Positions 27,239-36,640 of a stretch of DNA of 64,000 nt are shown here, piece after piece; the stretch's first letter is position 1; every line of letters begins with the position of its first letter. The notes beneath the pieces were generated by a model. That model saw nothing but the letters and a program-made list of their open reading frames with translations, was not told the origin of the DNA and did not search any database. The stretch is from positions 58,595 to 122,594 of the forward strand of contig CALYBC010000009.1 of the NCBI GenBank assembly GCA_944393725.1, given 5' to 3'. The position numbers and the translations under genes are program-made. This stretch comes from an uncultured Alphaproteobacteria bacterium. GTDB lineage: Bacteria; Pseudomonadota; Alphaproteobacteria; RF32; CAG-239.

Positions 27239-27976
27239 TTAAAACGAATATCTTACACCTAACATAATTTCATGTGATGTTATACTGTAATCGGCGTCAG
27301 CATATAATACAGAATCTAAGCCGGGAATAATGGAAGAAGCAATTGAATCTTTGGCATTTCCGTAATCTGAGTAACGATAACCAAGGTCAATATCCCATTT
27401 ATCATTTACAGCGTAAGAAACACCAAATCCCAGCTGCCAAGCAAAATTATTGTCATGTGAGGTGCTTGACATATTTATGTCGCCATACGGAGTGCTACCA
27501 TAAACCTTGGCTTTTGATTTTACTCGGGCATAACCGACACCACCACCGATGTAGGGAGTAAATTTTGTTCCGGTATCTATGTCATAATATAGATTAAACA
27601 TAGCGGAATATACTGTAGTTTCAATTTCGAAATTGTGTCTGTAGGTGTTGGAGATGGTAAAGTCAAACTGGTCGTTTTCTTTGGCTTTGTCATTGGCTCC
27701 GAGTTCTATTTCTCCTCTGAGCTTTCCGTATTTAACAGGGGTCATCATACCATAAGCAGCTCTTACTCCCCATACATTATCCTTATGGGTCTTATCCGAT
27801 AAGGTGTTGGTATGGTGGGTCGTGCCACCGAAAGAATAGTCGGAGATTGCCGTGGTTTCATTTTGTATTTTTGACAATGCAGCTTTTAGTGACATATATT
27901 GTCCATATTCTAAGGCGTTGGCATTTGCTGCTAAAATTGCCGTGGATATGCCGGTTAACAAGATTATTTTTTTCAT
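27239..27976 (-). CDS. Outer-membrane beta-barrel protein (OmpW/Omp25/opacity-type porin-like)
   Basis: Signal peptide, alternating amphipathic beta-strands, terminal aromatic ...GVRYSF. Confidence 0.7.
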   Translation of the reverse strand: MKKIILLTGISTAILAANANALEYGQYMSLKAALSKIQNETTAISDYSFGGTTHHTNTLSDKTHKDNVWGVRAAYGMMTPVKYGKLRGEIELGANDKAKENDQFDFTISNTYRHNFEIETTVYSAMFNLYYDIDTGTKFTPYIGGGVGYARVKSKAKVYGSTPYGDINMSSTSHDNNFAWQLGFGVSYAVNDKWDIDLGYRYSDYGNAKDSIASSIIPGLDSVLYADADYSITSHEIMLGVRYSF

Positions 27977-28237
27977 TATATTAACTTCCTTTCATTTTTG
28001 TGAAAATAAAGTCACCTTGATGAGAGGTGACCGGAAGTTAGAACCTATTAAAAGTAATAGTGCAGTATATTCGATATATTCTACTGCCTTCCGGTCAATC
28101 GACCAAAAGGCAGTCCGTTTTACATCTGTCTTGCAGATAACTTTTAGAGGGTTCTAAACCTCACATCGGTAATCAACCGATGCAGTGCAAGGTTATAAAT
28201 CTTTGGGTAAAAAGTCAAATAAAAAATTATAGGCAAA

Positions 28238-28620
28238 AGGGTGAGGGATGACTTCGCTATCGCTTCGTTCACTGCACTCGTTCGCTTTTTATAAAAAAAA
28301 GCTCACCGGCGTCCTAAAGTCCGCCTCTCGTTTGTAGTCAAACCCACTTCCTCGTGGGTTCAAATCCGCCCCTTACGGATAAAAAAATACACCTCATGAA
28401 GAGGTGTGTTTTTTTATGGTAGCGGGTGAGGGATGACTTCGCTATCGCTTCGTTCACTGCACTCGTTCGCTTTTTATAAAAAAAAAGCTCACCGGCGTCC
28501 TAAAGTCCGCCTCTCGTTTGTAGTCAAACCCACTTCCTCGTGGGTTCAAATCCGCCCCTTACAGATAAAAAAATACACCTCATGAAGAGGTGTGTTTTTT
28601 TATGGTAGCGGGTGAGGGAT
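28238..28620. repeat. Two tandem ~185-bp repeat units, each ending in a copy of the 18-nt 3' end of the adjacent tRNA-Met (TGGTAGCGGGTGAGGGAT on the plus strand)
   Basis: Near-identical units 28250-28416 and 28435-28602; 18-mer at 28417-28434 and 28603-28620, partial copy at 28238-28249; each unit carries a hairpin plus T-run (ACACCTCatgaaGAGGTGT) and an inverted degenerate T-arm-like segment. Confidence 0.7.
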
Positions 28621-28678
28621 TCGAACCCACGACACAAGGATTATGATTCCTCCGCTCTACCGACTGAGCTAACCCGCC
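28603..28678 (-). tRNA. tRNA with anticodon CAT (Met or Ile2)
   Basis: Reverse complement GGCGGGTTAGCTCAGTCGGTAGAGCGGAGGAATCATAATCCTTGTGTCGTGGGTTCGAATCCCTCACCCGCTACCA. Confidence 0.8.
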
Positions 28679-28737
28679 GTCAAATCTGCCGTACTTAATA
28701 ATATGTATATTAAACTTTGTCAATAACTATTTTTTTC

Positions 28738-30993
28738 TTAACCGACAATTTTTAAATATGATTTCATCAGTTTCTTAATGCCACCATTGTCAAAGCAGAC
28801 TTGAACCATGTCTCCGCTTTGGGCAACTATGCGGCCGTAGCCTTCCGTTTGATGATATACTTTTTTGCCTAAATCGTTGTGCGGCTTTTCTCGTACATAA
28901 CTGTATCTGTGGTCGTCATCATAGGTTATTTCTTCGTAGTAATTATTCTGTCTTTGCGGACGAGAAAAATATGATGATTTGTTACTGCCAAAGTATGAAC
29001 ATTTGTTGATTATCTCAATATGCTCTTTGGGTAATTCATCAATGAATCTTGACGGCATGTTGCTTTGCCATTGACCATAGATTTTGCGATTGTGTGCCAT
29101 TGATATAAACAAACGATGCTTGGCTCTGGTGATGGCTACATAAGCTAGTCTTCGCTCTTCTTCCAAAGCTTCGGCTCCGGCGTCCAATGCTCTTTGATGT
29201 GGAAATAAATTTTCTTCCCAGCCGGGTAAAAATACAACATCAAATTCCAATCCTTTGGCTGAGTGCAAAGTTATCAGACGAACTACATTGCCTTCGCTGT
29301 CGTCGTCATTGTCCATCACAAGACTTACATGCTCCATAAATGACTGTAAGTCAGGATAATTATCGCGGTCGCTTACAACATTGACTAATTCTTTTAAGTT
29401 TTCTATACGACCCGGAGCTTCTACCGAGCTGTCGTTTTTTAACATCTCCAGATAACCGCTCTCATCTAAAATATTAGAAAGGAGTTCATCAGGCGGTAGT
29501 TCATTGGCTTGTTGTCGCCATTGGGCAAAATGATTAAATAACTCCTCTAATGCAGTTTTGGCTTTGCCTTTAATATTGCCTTCACGAATCGTCTTTTCAA
29601 TCGCGGAATAAAGTGATATATGGCAACGTCTGGCCTCATCTTGAAATTTTTCAATCGTTTTGGCTCCAATTCCGCGGGCCGGTTTGTTGATGATTCTTTC
29701 TAAAGCTAAATCATCTTCTTGTTGTAAGATGACACGCAGATAGGCAATAATGTCCCTGATTTCGGCTCTCTCATAAAACTTGAGGCCGCCGATTACTTGA
29801 TAGGGTATGGATTCACTGATGAATTTTTCTTCAAAGTTGCGTGTCTGTGCCGCCGTTCTTACCAATACTGCCATATCGGAATATGAATAACCGTCGTGAA
29901 GAGCGTTAAATATCTCGTCGGCTACAAAAGTGGCTTCTTCGTCACTGTTGTAGGTGCTGACAACTTTTATTTTGTTGTTATTTACATTGGCGGCCGGTGA
30001 ATTTTCGGCAACGCGCAAAGTTTTGCCTAACCTGCCGGAATTGTTGGCTATCAGGGCGGAAGCAGCCGACAGTATGTGCTGGGTCGAGCGGTAGTTGCGT
30101 TCAAGTCTGATTATGGCTGCGTCGGTAAAATCTTTGTTAAAACGCAAGATGTTTTCAATTTCGGCTCCGCGCCAAGAATAAATAGATTGGTCGTCATCGC
30201 CCACACAACATAAATTGCGATGAAGCTGGCTTAGTAGCCTTATTAACAAATATTGGCTAACATTGGTATCTTGATATTCGTCAACCATGATGTAACGAAA
30301 TCTTTTTTGGTAAATTTGCAAAATATCGTTATTATTAAGCAAAATTTGTATAGTATACAAAATGATGTCGCCGAAATCGACACAGTTTAGTTCCAATAAT
30401 CTTTTTTGGTATAATTTATAAATATGGGTTAACACATTTTCTTTAAAATCAGTGCCGATTTTGTCTACCGTAAGGCCTTTATCCTTCCATAAACCTATTT
30501 TTTCCAGAATCGATTGTGGCGGATATTTTTTGGTATCAATGCCTTCGGCTTCGCAAATTTGTTTAATTAATCTTTTTTGGTCATCTTCACCAAGAATCGT
30601 GAAGTTTCTATGCAATCCGATAACTTCGGCATGAACACGAAGTATTTTTACGCATATGCTGTGAAATGTGCCGAGCCAAACCGATGAGGCGGCGTCGCCA
30701 ATCATATTAAAGACTCTTTCTTTCATTTCTTTGGCGGCACGATTGGTAAAAGTGACAACCAAGCATTCGCTCGGGTGAGCTAAATGTTGTGATAAGATAT
30801 AGGCTAATCTCGTGGTTAAAACTTTGGTCTTGCCGGTGCCGGCACCGGATAATACAAGAAGCGGACCTTCGGTTTTTTTCACAGCCGCGAGTTGTTCCGG
30901 ATTAAGCTGGTTGAGCCAACTAAATTCCGGCATTAATTGGGCAGTGTTGCTTACTATGGGTGTTGTTTCTTCCAAATCAAAAATGTTATCCAT
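28738..30993 (-). CDS. uvrD: ATP-dependent DNA helicase, UvrD/Rep family
   Basis: 751 aa; SF1 motifs (AGAGTGKT, TFTNRAAKEM, VDEYQDTN, G.TLH.AKGLEF) and the UvrD-type C-terminal Tudor-like tail. Confidence 0.8.
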   Translation of the reverse strand: MDNIFDLEETTPIVSNTAQLMPEFSWLNQLNPEQLAAVKKTEGPLLVLSGAGTGKTKVLTTRLAYILSQHLAHPSECLVVTFTNRAAKEMKERVFNMIGDAASSVWLGTFHSICVKILRVHAEVIGLHRNFTILGEDDQKRLIKQICEAEGIDTKKYPPQSILEKIGLWKDKGLTVDKIGTDFKENVLTHIYKLYQKRLLELNCVDFGDIILYTIQILLNNNDILQIYQKRFRYIMVDEYQDTNVSQYLLIRLLSQLHRNLCCVGDDDQSIYSWRGAEIENILRFNKDFTDAAIIRLERNYRSTQHILSAASALIANNSGRLGKTLRVAENSPAANVNNNKIKVVSTYNSDEEATFVADEIFNALHDGYSYSDMAVLVRTAAQTRNFEEKFISESIPYQVIGGLKFYERAEIRDIIAYLRVILQQEDDLALERIINKPARGIGAKTIEKFQDEARRCHISLYSAIEKTIREGNIKGKAKTALEELFNHFAQWRQQANELPPDELLSNILDESGYLEMLKNDSSVEAPGRIENLKELVNVVSDRDNYPDLQSFMEHVSLVMDNDDDSEGNVVRLITLHSAKGLEFDVVFLPGWEENLFPHQRALDAGAEALEEERRLAYVAITRAKHRLFISMAHNRKIYGQWQSNMPSRFIDELPKEHIEIINKCSYFGSNKSSYFSRPQRQNNYYEEITYDDDHRYSYVREKPHNDLGKKVYHQTEGYGRIVAQSGDMVQVCFDNGGIKKLMKSYLKIVG

Positions 30994-31092
30994 GATTAAT
31001 CTTCTTGTTTTTTTAACCTTTAAGCAATATATATAATTTATATAAAATTAAAAGAACAAAATTAGACTTTTTAGCAAAAAAGGAAAATTAAA

Positions 31093-32055
31093 ATGTCGGA
31101 AACGCGTGAAAAAATCATCGGATTGCAAAAATTTATGAATTCTAAAATCTTGGGACAGGAGGATTTGGTCGATAAACTAATCATTACTTTGTTGGCTGAT
31201 GGTAATGCTTTGGTTGAGGGGGCTCCGGGGTTGGCCAAAACTAAGGCGATAAAAACTTTGGCCTCTTTGATTAAGGCTGATTATAATCGTATTCAATTTA
31301 CGCCGGATTTGTTGCCGTCTGATATTACCGGAAGTGAAATTTATTTGTCAGGCGAGGGAAAATTTGAATTTAGGAAAGGTCCGATTTTTGCTAATTTGGT
31401 TTTGGCCGATGAAATTAACCGAGCTCCGGCAAAAGTGCAATCGGCACTATTGGAGGCTATGGCAGAAAGACAGGTGAGTGTGGGCGGAAAAAGATATCAG
31501 TTGCCCAAGCTTTTTATGGTGATGGCAACACAAAACCCGATTGAACACGAAGGCACATATAATCTGCCGGAAGCACAGCTTGACCGCTTTTTGATGTATA
31601 TTAAAATTAATCAACCCGATGCCGAAACCGAGAAAAAAATACTTAAGCTTATAAGGGGTGAAATAAGCGGTGAAAACGAAACACTGCCGGCAGAGGTTTC
31701 GGTCGATGATATTTTATCGGCAAGAAATGAGGCTATCAATGTTCATATGAGTGAAAAAGTCGAAGAATATTTGGTGCAGTTAATAATGGCTACCAGAAAT
31801 CCGGAAAAATACAATGCGGCGTTTAAGGGATATGTTGCTTACGGGGCAAGCCCGCGTGCGACAATAGCTCTTGACAGATGCTCAAAAGTTCATGCTTGGC
31901 TTAAGGGTAAGAGTTTTGTTGCCCCCGAGGATATTCACGCCGTGGTTTATGAAGTATTGCGTCATCGTATAATCTTGAGCTTTGAGGCTCAGGCCGAAGG
32001 TTTGACCAGTGACGATGTTATTGCTTCTTTGCTCAAATTGGTGCCGTTACCCTAA
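31093..32055 (+). CDS. MoxR-family AAA+ ATPase
   Basis: Walker A GAPGLAKT, Walker B ADEINRAP, and the ILGQEDLVDKLIITLLADGNALVEGAPG start. Confidence 0.85.
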   Translation: MSETREKIIGLQKFMNSKILGQEDLVDKLIITLLADGNALVEGAPGLAKTKAIKTLASLIKADYNRIQFTPDLLPSDITGSEIYLSGEGKFEFRKGPIFANLVLADEINRAPAKVQSALLEAMAERQVSVGGKRYQLPKLFMVMATQNPIEHEGTYNLPEAQLDRFLMYIKINQPDAETEKKILKLIRGEISGENETLPAEVSVDDILSARNEAINVHMSEKVEEYLVQLIMATRNPEKYNAAFKGYVAYGASPRATIALDRCSKVHAWLKGKSFVAPEDIHAVVYEVLRHRIILSFEAQAEGLTSDDVIASLLKLVPLP

Positions 32056-32063
32056 GGTGAAAA

Positions 32064-33014
32064 ATGGGAAAACTCAAAAAAATAAAGGCCTTGTTTAAAA
32101 CAAATACCGTCTCGGATAAAGGAAACGGATTGTATGCCTCGTTAGATGAGTTGATGGATATGCGTAAATATGTGCGTTTGATGCAAACAAAACGCAAGCT
32201 CAAATCTTATTCTCAGCAAGCAGGCGATATTAAATCCGCTTTTAAGGGTAGAGGAATTGAGATGGAAGAAATCCGCGAATATGCTTTCGGCGATGATATC
32301 AGAGATATCGATTGGCGGGTTACGGCCAGAAAAGAAACTCCTTATACCAAAATTTATGCCGAAGAACGCGATCATGAAATATTGGTGTGGCTTGATTTGT
32401 CTCCGATAATGGCTTTTGGCTCAACAGTTGAATTAAAGTCGGTTACCGCGGCTAAAACAGCGGCACTTTTGGGCTGGCTTTCGCTTAATAATGCCGACAG
32501 ATTTGGTTGCTTGATATTTGATGGCAAAAATAATTGGCTCTATAAGGCAAAAAATGATAGGGCTTATTTGGCGGCAATATTGAAAAAAATTGCCGAGGTT
32601 TCAAAACAAAGTTTGCACAATACGGAAATGTCTGCTGAAGATAAAATGCGTTCGCTAAAGTTACTGCAAGCCAATATCAAAGGTAAAGCCAGCGTTTTTG
32701 TTATCAGCTCTTTTAGCGAATGGAATGATGAGTATGACGCAATTTTGGCGGCGATAGCCAAAAAAAGCCGTATGTTTTTAACCAATATCTACGATAAATT
32801 GGAGGTGCAGGCTCCGAAATCAGGACAGTATATGGCAGAGTTTGCCGGCGAAAAAATAGTTTTGGATTCAAATAATAAAAAATATCGCAAAGCCTATGCC
32901 GATTACTTCGCCGCCAAGAAATTACAAAGAGAAAAATTTTGCCGAGCCTTTAATTGCAAACTCGTTGATATAACTCAGGAATCAAATGTCATAGGTGCAT
33001 TAAAATTATTGTAG
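32064..33014 (+). CDS. DUF58 domain protein (MoxR partner, vWA-like fold)
   Basis: Conserved G.E.EE.REY..GDDIR.IDWRV.AR motif. Confidence 0.7.
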   Translation: MGKLKKIKALFKTNTVSDKGNGLYASLDELMDMRKYVRLMQTKRKLKSYSQQAGDIKSAFKGRGIEMEEIREYAFGDDIRDIDWRVTARKETPYTKIYAEERDHEILVWLDLSPIMAFGSTVELKSVTAAKTAALLGWLSLNNADRFGCLIFDGKNNWLYKAKNDRAYLAAILKKIAEVSKQSLHNTEMSAEDKMRSLKLLQANIKGKASVFVISSFSEWNDEYDAILAAIAKKSRMFLTNIYDKLEVQAPKSGQYMAEFAGEKIVLDSNNKKYRKAYADYFAAKKLQREKFCRAFNCKLVDITQESNVIGALKLL

Positions 33015-33095
33015 CGAATCTTGACAATCTTTAGGGATTGTGATAGCATTCGTCGTGTTAATTATTTTTACTTTATAATTGAAAAGAGAAAACTA

Positions 33096-34073
33096 ATGGT
33101 CAAGTCTAACGATAATACTTCATATAAAAGAGGGCAGGAGCTGCTCGATCAAGGATTGTATAAAGATGCTATAGCGCAGTTTGACGCAGCTATTGCCGAA
33201 CAGCCGGATTCTTGGAAATCACTTAACTCAAAGGGATTTGCTTTTCAAAAATTGAGCAAATATACCGAAGCAGTTGAGTGTTTTGATAAAGCATTACAGA
33301 TTAATCCAAATTCGGTTGAGGTGCTAAATAATAAAGGCGTAACTTTGAGTATGCGTGGATTGTATAAAGATGCGATCCAGTGTTTTAATGAGGCTATTGC
33401 TCTGGATAAAACATCTTTGGAAGCCCTAAACGGCAAGGCTATTGCTTTGCAACATATGTTTGCATATAAAGAGGCCTTGGATGTTTTGGAAGAAGCTATG
33501 AAAATTGATAATACTCATGCGCAGACTTTGCTCAGTGTGGCTGTTACCTTGCAAAAACTAAAACAATATGACCGTGCAATTTCTTTTTTCAAAAAAGTTT
33601 TGGCAAATGATAAAAATAATATCAAAGCTTGGAACGGAGTCGGAGTTACCTACCAGTTGATGGGGGATAATAATTCGGCAATTAAATGTTTTACCAAAAT
33701 TTTGAATATTAACGAACGCGAAATTCAGGCTTGGATTTCTATCGGTTTTGTATATCAAAAAATGTTGAAATTTAATGATGCTTTGAAATGTTATAAAAAA
33801 GCTCAGACAATTATCGGAAATAAATATCATCACAAACTATATGACGGATTGGCTTCTTGTTTGACCAAACTTTCGATGTTTGATGAGGCCTCAGAGGTTT
33901 ATCAACAGATATTCCAACGCGAAGAAGGCAAGAAAAAATGGGATGCGCAAAGATCGCTTAAATTCGTCAATAAACTAAAACGCAAAAAATCGGTCGGTAC
34001 ATTGCAGCCTTTGGTTCCGCAAGATGAAAATGCCCCAAAAATTAAAATAGACCTACCAAAACCGGAAGAATAA
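33096..34073 (+). CDS. TPR-repeat protein with Lys-rich C-terminus
   Basis: About 8 TPR units (A.....A.....P....A..N.G); downstream of MoxR-DUF58. Confidence 0.7.
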   Translation: MVKSNDNTSYKRGQELLDQGLYKDAIAQFDAAIAEQPDSWKSLNSKGFAFQKLSKYTEAVECFDKALQINPNSVEVLNNKGVTLSMRGLYKDAIQCFNEAIALDKTSLEALNGKAIALQHMFAYKEALDVLEEAMKIDNTHAQTLLSVAVTLQKLKQYDRAISFFKKVLANDKNNIKAWNGVGVTYQLMGDNNSAIKCFTKILNINEREIQAWISIGFVYQKMLKFNDALKCYKKAQTIIGNKYHHKLYDGLASCLTKLSMFDEASEVYQQIFQREEGKKKWDAQRSLKFVNKLKRKKSVGTLQPLVPQDENAPKIKIDLPKPEE

Positions 34074-34077
34074 AAAT

Positions 34078-34110
34078 AAAACCTCCGCTTTATGGCGGAG
34101 GTTTTGGTTT
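34078..34110. terminator. Bidirectional intrinsic terminator
   Basis: ACCTCCGCtttatgGCGGAGGT with flanking A- and T-runs. Confidence 0.5.
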
Positions 34111-34529
34111 TATATAAACTCATCTACATCTTCAATATGTTCGTTTTTTTCGTAAAAATGTTTGAGGTAATTACGGCCGGTGCGTTCTATTTCTTCGTCG
34201 CGGATTATTGATTGGTTGTTGGAATATACTCCTACCTTATTGCCTTGATTGTTGGGTGGAGAGGGGGTGTCGTCTTCAAAAATGCCGCTGACGGCAAGAG
34301 CTTCTATGCTGCCGGATATGTCCGGCGAGGCAGAATTAAAATCGGTTTGTGATTGTTGACGGCGTTTGCGATTTTGCTCATCATTGTCTTGACCGTCCCT
34401 AACCAGAACACTATTGTTGGTATCAATGTGTTCAACAAATTGCGAATGGTTGTTAGGCTCAAAATTGCGCTTATCAACCTTTGATGAGGTGGTTGCAGAG
34501 GATACTCTGCGGGTTGCTGTTATACTCAT
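34110..34529 (-). CDS. Hypothetical acidic, low-complexity (disordered) protein
   Basis: 139 aa rich in S/N/D/E/Q, no TM or signal peptide. Confidence 0.35.
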   Translation of the reverse strand: MSITATRRVSSATTSSKVDKRNFEPNNHSQFVEHIDTNNSVLVRDGQDNDEQNRKRRQQSQTDFNSASPDISGSIEALAVSGIFEDDTPSPPNNQGNKVGVYSNNQSIIRDEEIERTGRNYLKHFYEKNEHIEDVDEFI

Positions 34530-34639
34530 GTGATTTCTCCCACAAGATTAATTGCCTAAGTTACTTTAGGCTATATGTTTAAATATATCATATAAACAAT
34601 TAAAAAGCCATAATAATTTACTAATCGGTACACAAAACA

Positions 34640-34864
34640 CTATTCTTCGGTTTTGTTTTGAGTATTGTCTTCTTTTTTTGTTTCTGCTTTTTTATCAGCC
34701 AAAGCTTTCATTTCTTCGATTTTGGCTTTGCCGCATGATTGCATTTTGGTGCAATATTGTTTAATCTTCGGAAGCCAAATTTCGGCTTGCGCTTTAATGG
34801 CGTCCACTTTGATAACACCAAAGATAAAGGCTATGGCCAGAGCTATTATTATCCATGATAACAT
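34640..34864 (-). CDS. Small single-TM protein, Lys/Glu-rich tail
   Basis: 74 aa, MLSWIIIALAIAFIFGVI TM segment; ends immediately upstream of the nagZ start. Confidence 0.35.
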   Translation of the reverse strand: MLSWIIIALAIAFIFGVIKVDAIKAQAEIWLPKIKQYCTKMQSCGKAKIEEMKALADKKAETKKEDNTQNKTEE

Positions 34865-34866
34865 AT

Positions 34867-35946
34867 TTATTTTCCTTCTTTCTGTTTATATAGTTTGTGC
34901 AACACTTCGGTAGCATCATAACTCTCTTTATAAGTAGGTACTTGCCCCAATAAAGTATCGTACATTTTTTCTTCCGTTTTGCTAACGGCTTTTCGGACAT
35001 TATTATGCAAAACTTCTAAAGCTTTGTCCAGTCGTTCCAATCCGGCGTCGGATAATTTGGGACAGTTGTCTGCAAGTTCGCTTAATTCTGCAACGCGGCC
35101 CATGCAATAAACAGCACAGTCGCAACCGGCGTTTACGGAAGATATGGCTCGTTCGGATATGCTTCCTTGAAGAGCTTGCATATCTATGGCATCGGAAAGT
35201 AGTAATCCGTTAAAGCCCATGTCAGTGCGAATTAACTTGTTGATGCCTATTTTGCTTTGAGTTAGGGGATGATTTTTATCTATGGCCGGTAAAAGAATAT
35301 GTGCCGTCATACCAAGAGGAGAATTGTTGCAATTCTTAAACGGAATGATATCTTTTTTTATTTCTGACAATGTGGCATTTATGACCGGTAATTCTAAATG
35401 CGGGTCGTTGGTGGCACGGCCATGTCCGGGCATGTGTTTGATACAGGGAATAATACCGTTTGCCATATATTCATCAACCATGATTTTTCCCAAGATTGAT
35501 ATCTTTTCTATGTCATCAGAAAGACAACGACTTCTTAGGGCTTCGGTAATTTGCGGATAGGCAATGTCTAATACCGGAGCAAAGTTTACATTTATTCCTA
35601 ATTCTTTTAAATCGCGGCTTATAAGTCGAGCGTGAAGTTTGCAGGCTTTGATTGCCTCGTCGGACGGCAATGAACCTAAAGAATATTGTGAGCCGTAGGG
35701 GTGAAAATAAGGCTCTTTTAACCGTCTTACTCTACCTCCTTCTTGGTCTACCGCAATTAAGATGTCGTCGCGTTCAACGCAATCTTTTATTTCGCATACA
35801 AGCTGTTTGATTTGTGTCGGCTCTTCTAAATTTCTGGCAAATAAAGATATTCCAACCGGATTGGCTTTGGCAAATATCCTCTTTTCTGCGTCGGATAAAG
35901 AAGTGCCTGCACAAGATAATATTGCGGCAAGTAAAGGTTTGCGCAT
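34867..35946 (-). CDS. nagZ: Beta-N-acetylhexosaminidase NagZ (GH3)
   Basis: GH3 NagZ motifs (KHMPGHGRA...D.H.ELP, D.EGGRV.R). Confidence 0.8.
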   Translation of the reverse strand: MRKPLLAAILSCAGTSLSDAEKRIFAKANPVGISLFARNLEEPTQIKQLVCEIKDCVERDDILIAVDQEGGRVRRLKEPYFHPYGSQYSLGSLPSDEAIKACKLHARLISRDLKELGINVNFAPVLDIAYPQITEALRSRCLSDDIEKISILGKIMVDEYMANGIIPCIKHMPGHGRATNDPHLELPVINATLSEIKKDIIPFKNCNNSPLGMTAHILLPAIDKNHPLTQSKIGINKLIRTDMGFNGLLLSDAIDMQALQGSISERAISSVNAGCDCAVYCMGRVAELSELADNCPKLSDAGLERLDKALEVLHNNVRKAVSKTEEKMYDTLLGQVPTYKESYDATEVLHKLYKQKEGK

Positions 35947-35959
35947 TTTTATCTCCTTT

Positions 35960-36616
35960 TTATAAAAACAAACCAGCCAAATAAATTGAGGTTTGCCTTA
36001 AATAATCGGCAAACGGGTTAAAATTTATGCCTAAAGCTTGTAACAGCGAAGGCACTATAAATGCCAAAAACACTATGAAAATAAGTCCGGTCCTCTCTGA
36101 TGATAAAAATTTTTGGATGTGCGGATTATCCGACCAGCCAAGTAAAATTTTTGAACCATCCAACGGCGGAATCGGGAGCAGATTAAATACCGCCAATACA
36201 ATATTAAAAAATATCATTTGCAGCCAAAACATAGATATAATACCGCTAGAGACTGAATGTGGTATTTGTAATGATAATTTTAGCATTAGTGACGATATAA
36301 ATGCCAACAGCAAATTAGTTATAATTCCGGCTGAGGCTACGAGTACTATATCTCTTTTGGGGTGCTTTAATTTGCTATAGTCTACCGGTACAGGCTTAGC
36401 CCAACCGAATATGAAGCCGGTCTTTGATAAGAAAAGCAATATCGGCACGATTATCGTGCCGAAAAAGTCTATGTGACGCAGAGGATTTAGTGATAATCTA
36501 TTGTGATTTTTGGCAGTGTTGTCACCAAGTTTATTGGCCATATAGCCATGTGCAATTTCGTGAGAAATTATGGCGGTCAAGATGGCTGTGGCAGAGGTTA
36601 TCACTTTAATTATCAT
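35960..36616 (-). CDS. Site-2-protease family (M50) zinc metalloprotease
   Basis: HEIAHG zinc motif in TM1 and LPIPPLDGSKIL, typical M50B. Confidence 0.7.
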   Translation of the reverse strand: MIIKVITSATAILTAIISHEIAHGYMANKLGDNTAKNHNRLSLNPLRHIDFFGTIIVPILLFLSKTGFIFGWAKPVPVDYSKLKHPKRDIVLVASAGIITNLLLAFISSLMLKLSLQIPHSVSSGIISMFWLQMIFFNIVLAVFNLLPIPPLDGSKILLGWSDNPHIQKFLSSERTGLIFIVFLAFIVPSLLQALGINFNPFADYLRQTSIYLAGLFL

Positions 36617-36640
36617 GGTCGCATTCTTTCTTTTGCGGGT

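Noticed and set aside
28238-28620. Considered whether the tandem 185-bp repeats were a CRISPR array or a two-piece alphaproteobacterial tmRNA (ssrA)
   Set aside because: The unit length (185 bp) and absence of short unique spacers rule out CRISPR. No tag-peptide reading frame ending in ...AA-stop, no properly pairing T-arm or acceptor and no resume codon context were found, so a tmRNA assignment is unsupported.
28738-30993. UvrD-family helicase next to the tRNA-linked repeats as a possible defence-island helicase
   Set aside because: It has the full SF1 motif set and the canonical UvrD C-terminal Tudor-like tail with no nuclease or extra domain, so it is best explained as housekeeping UvrD.
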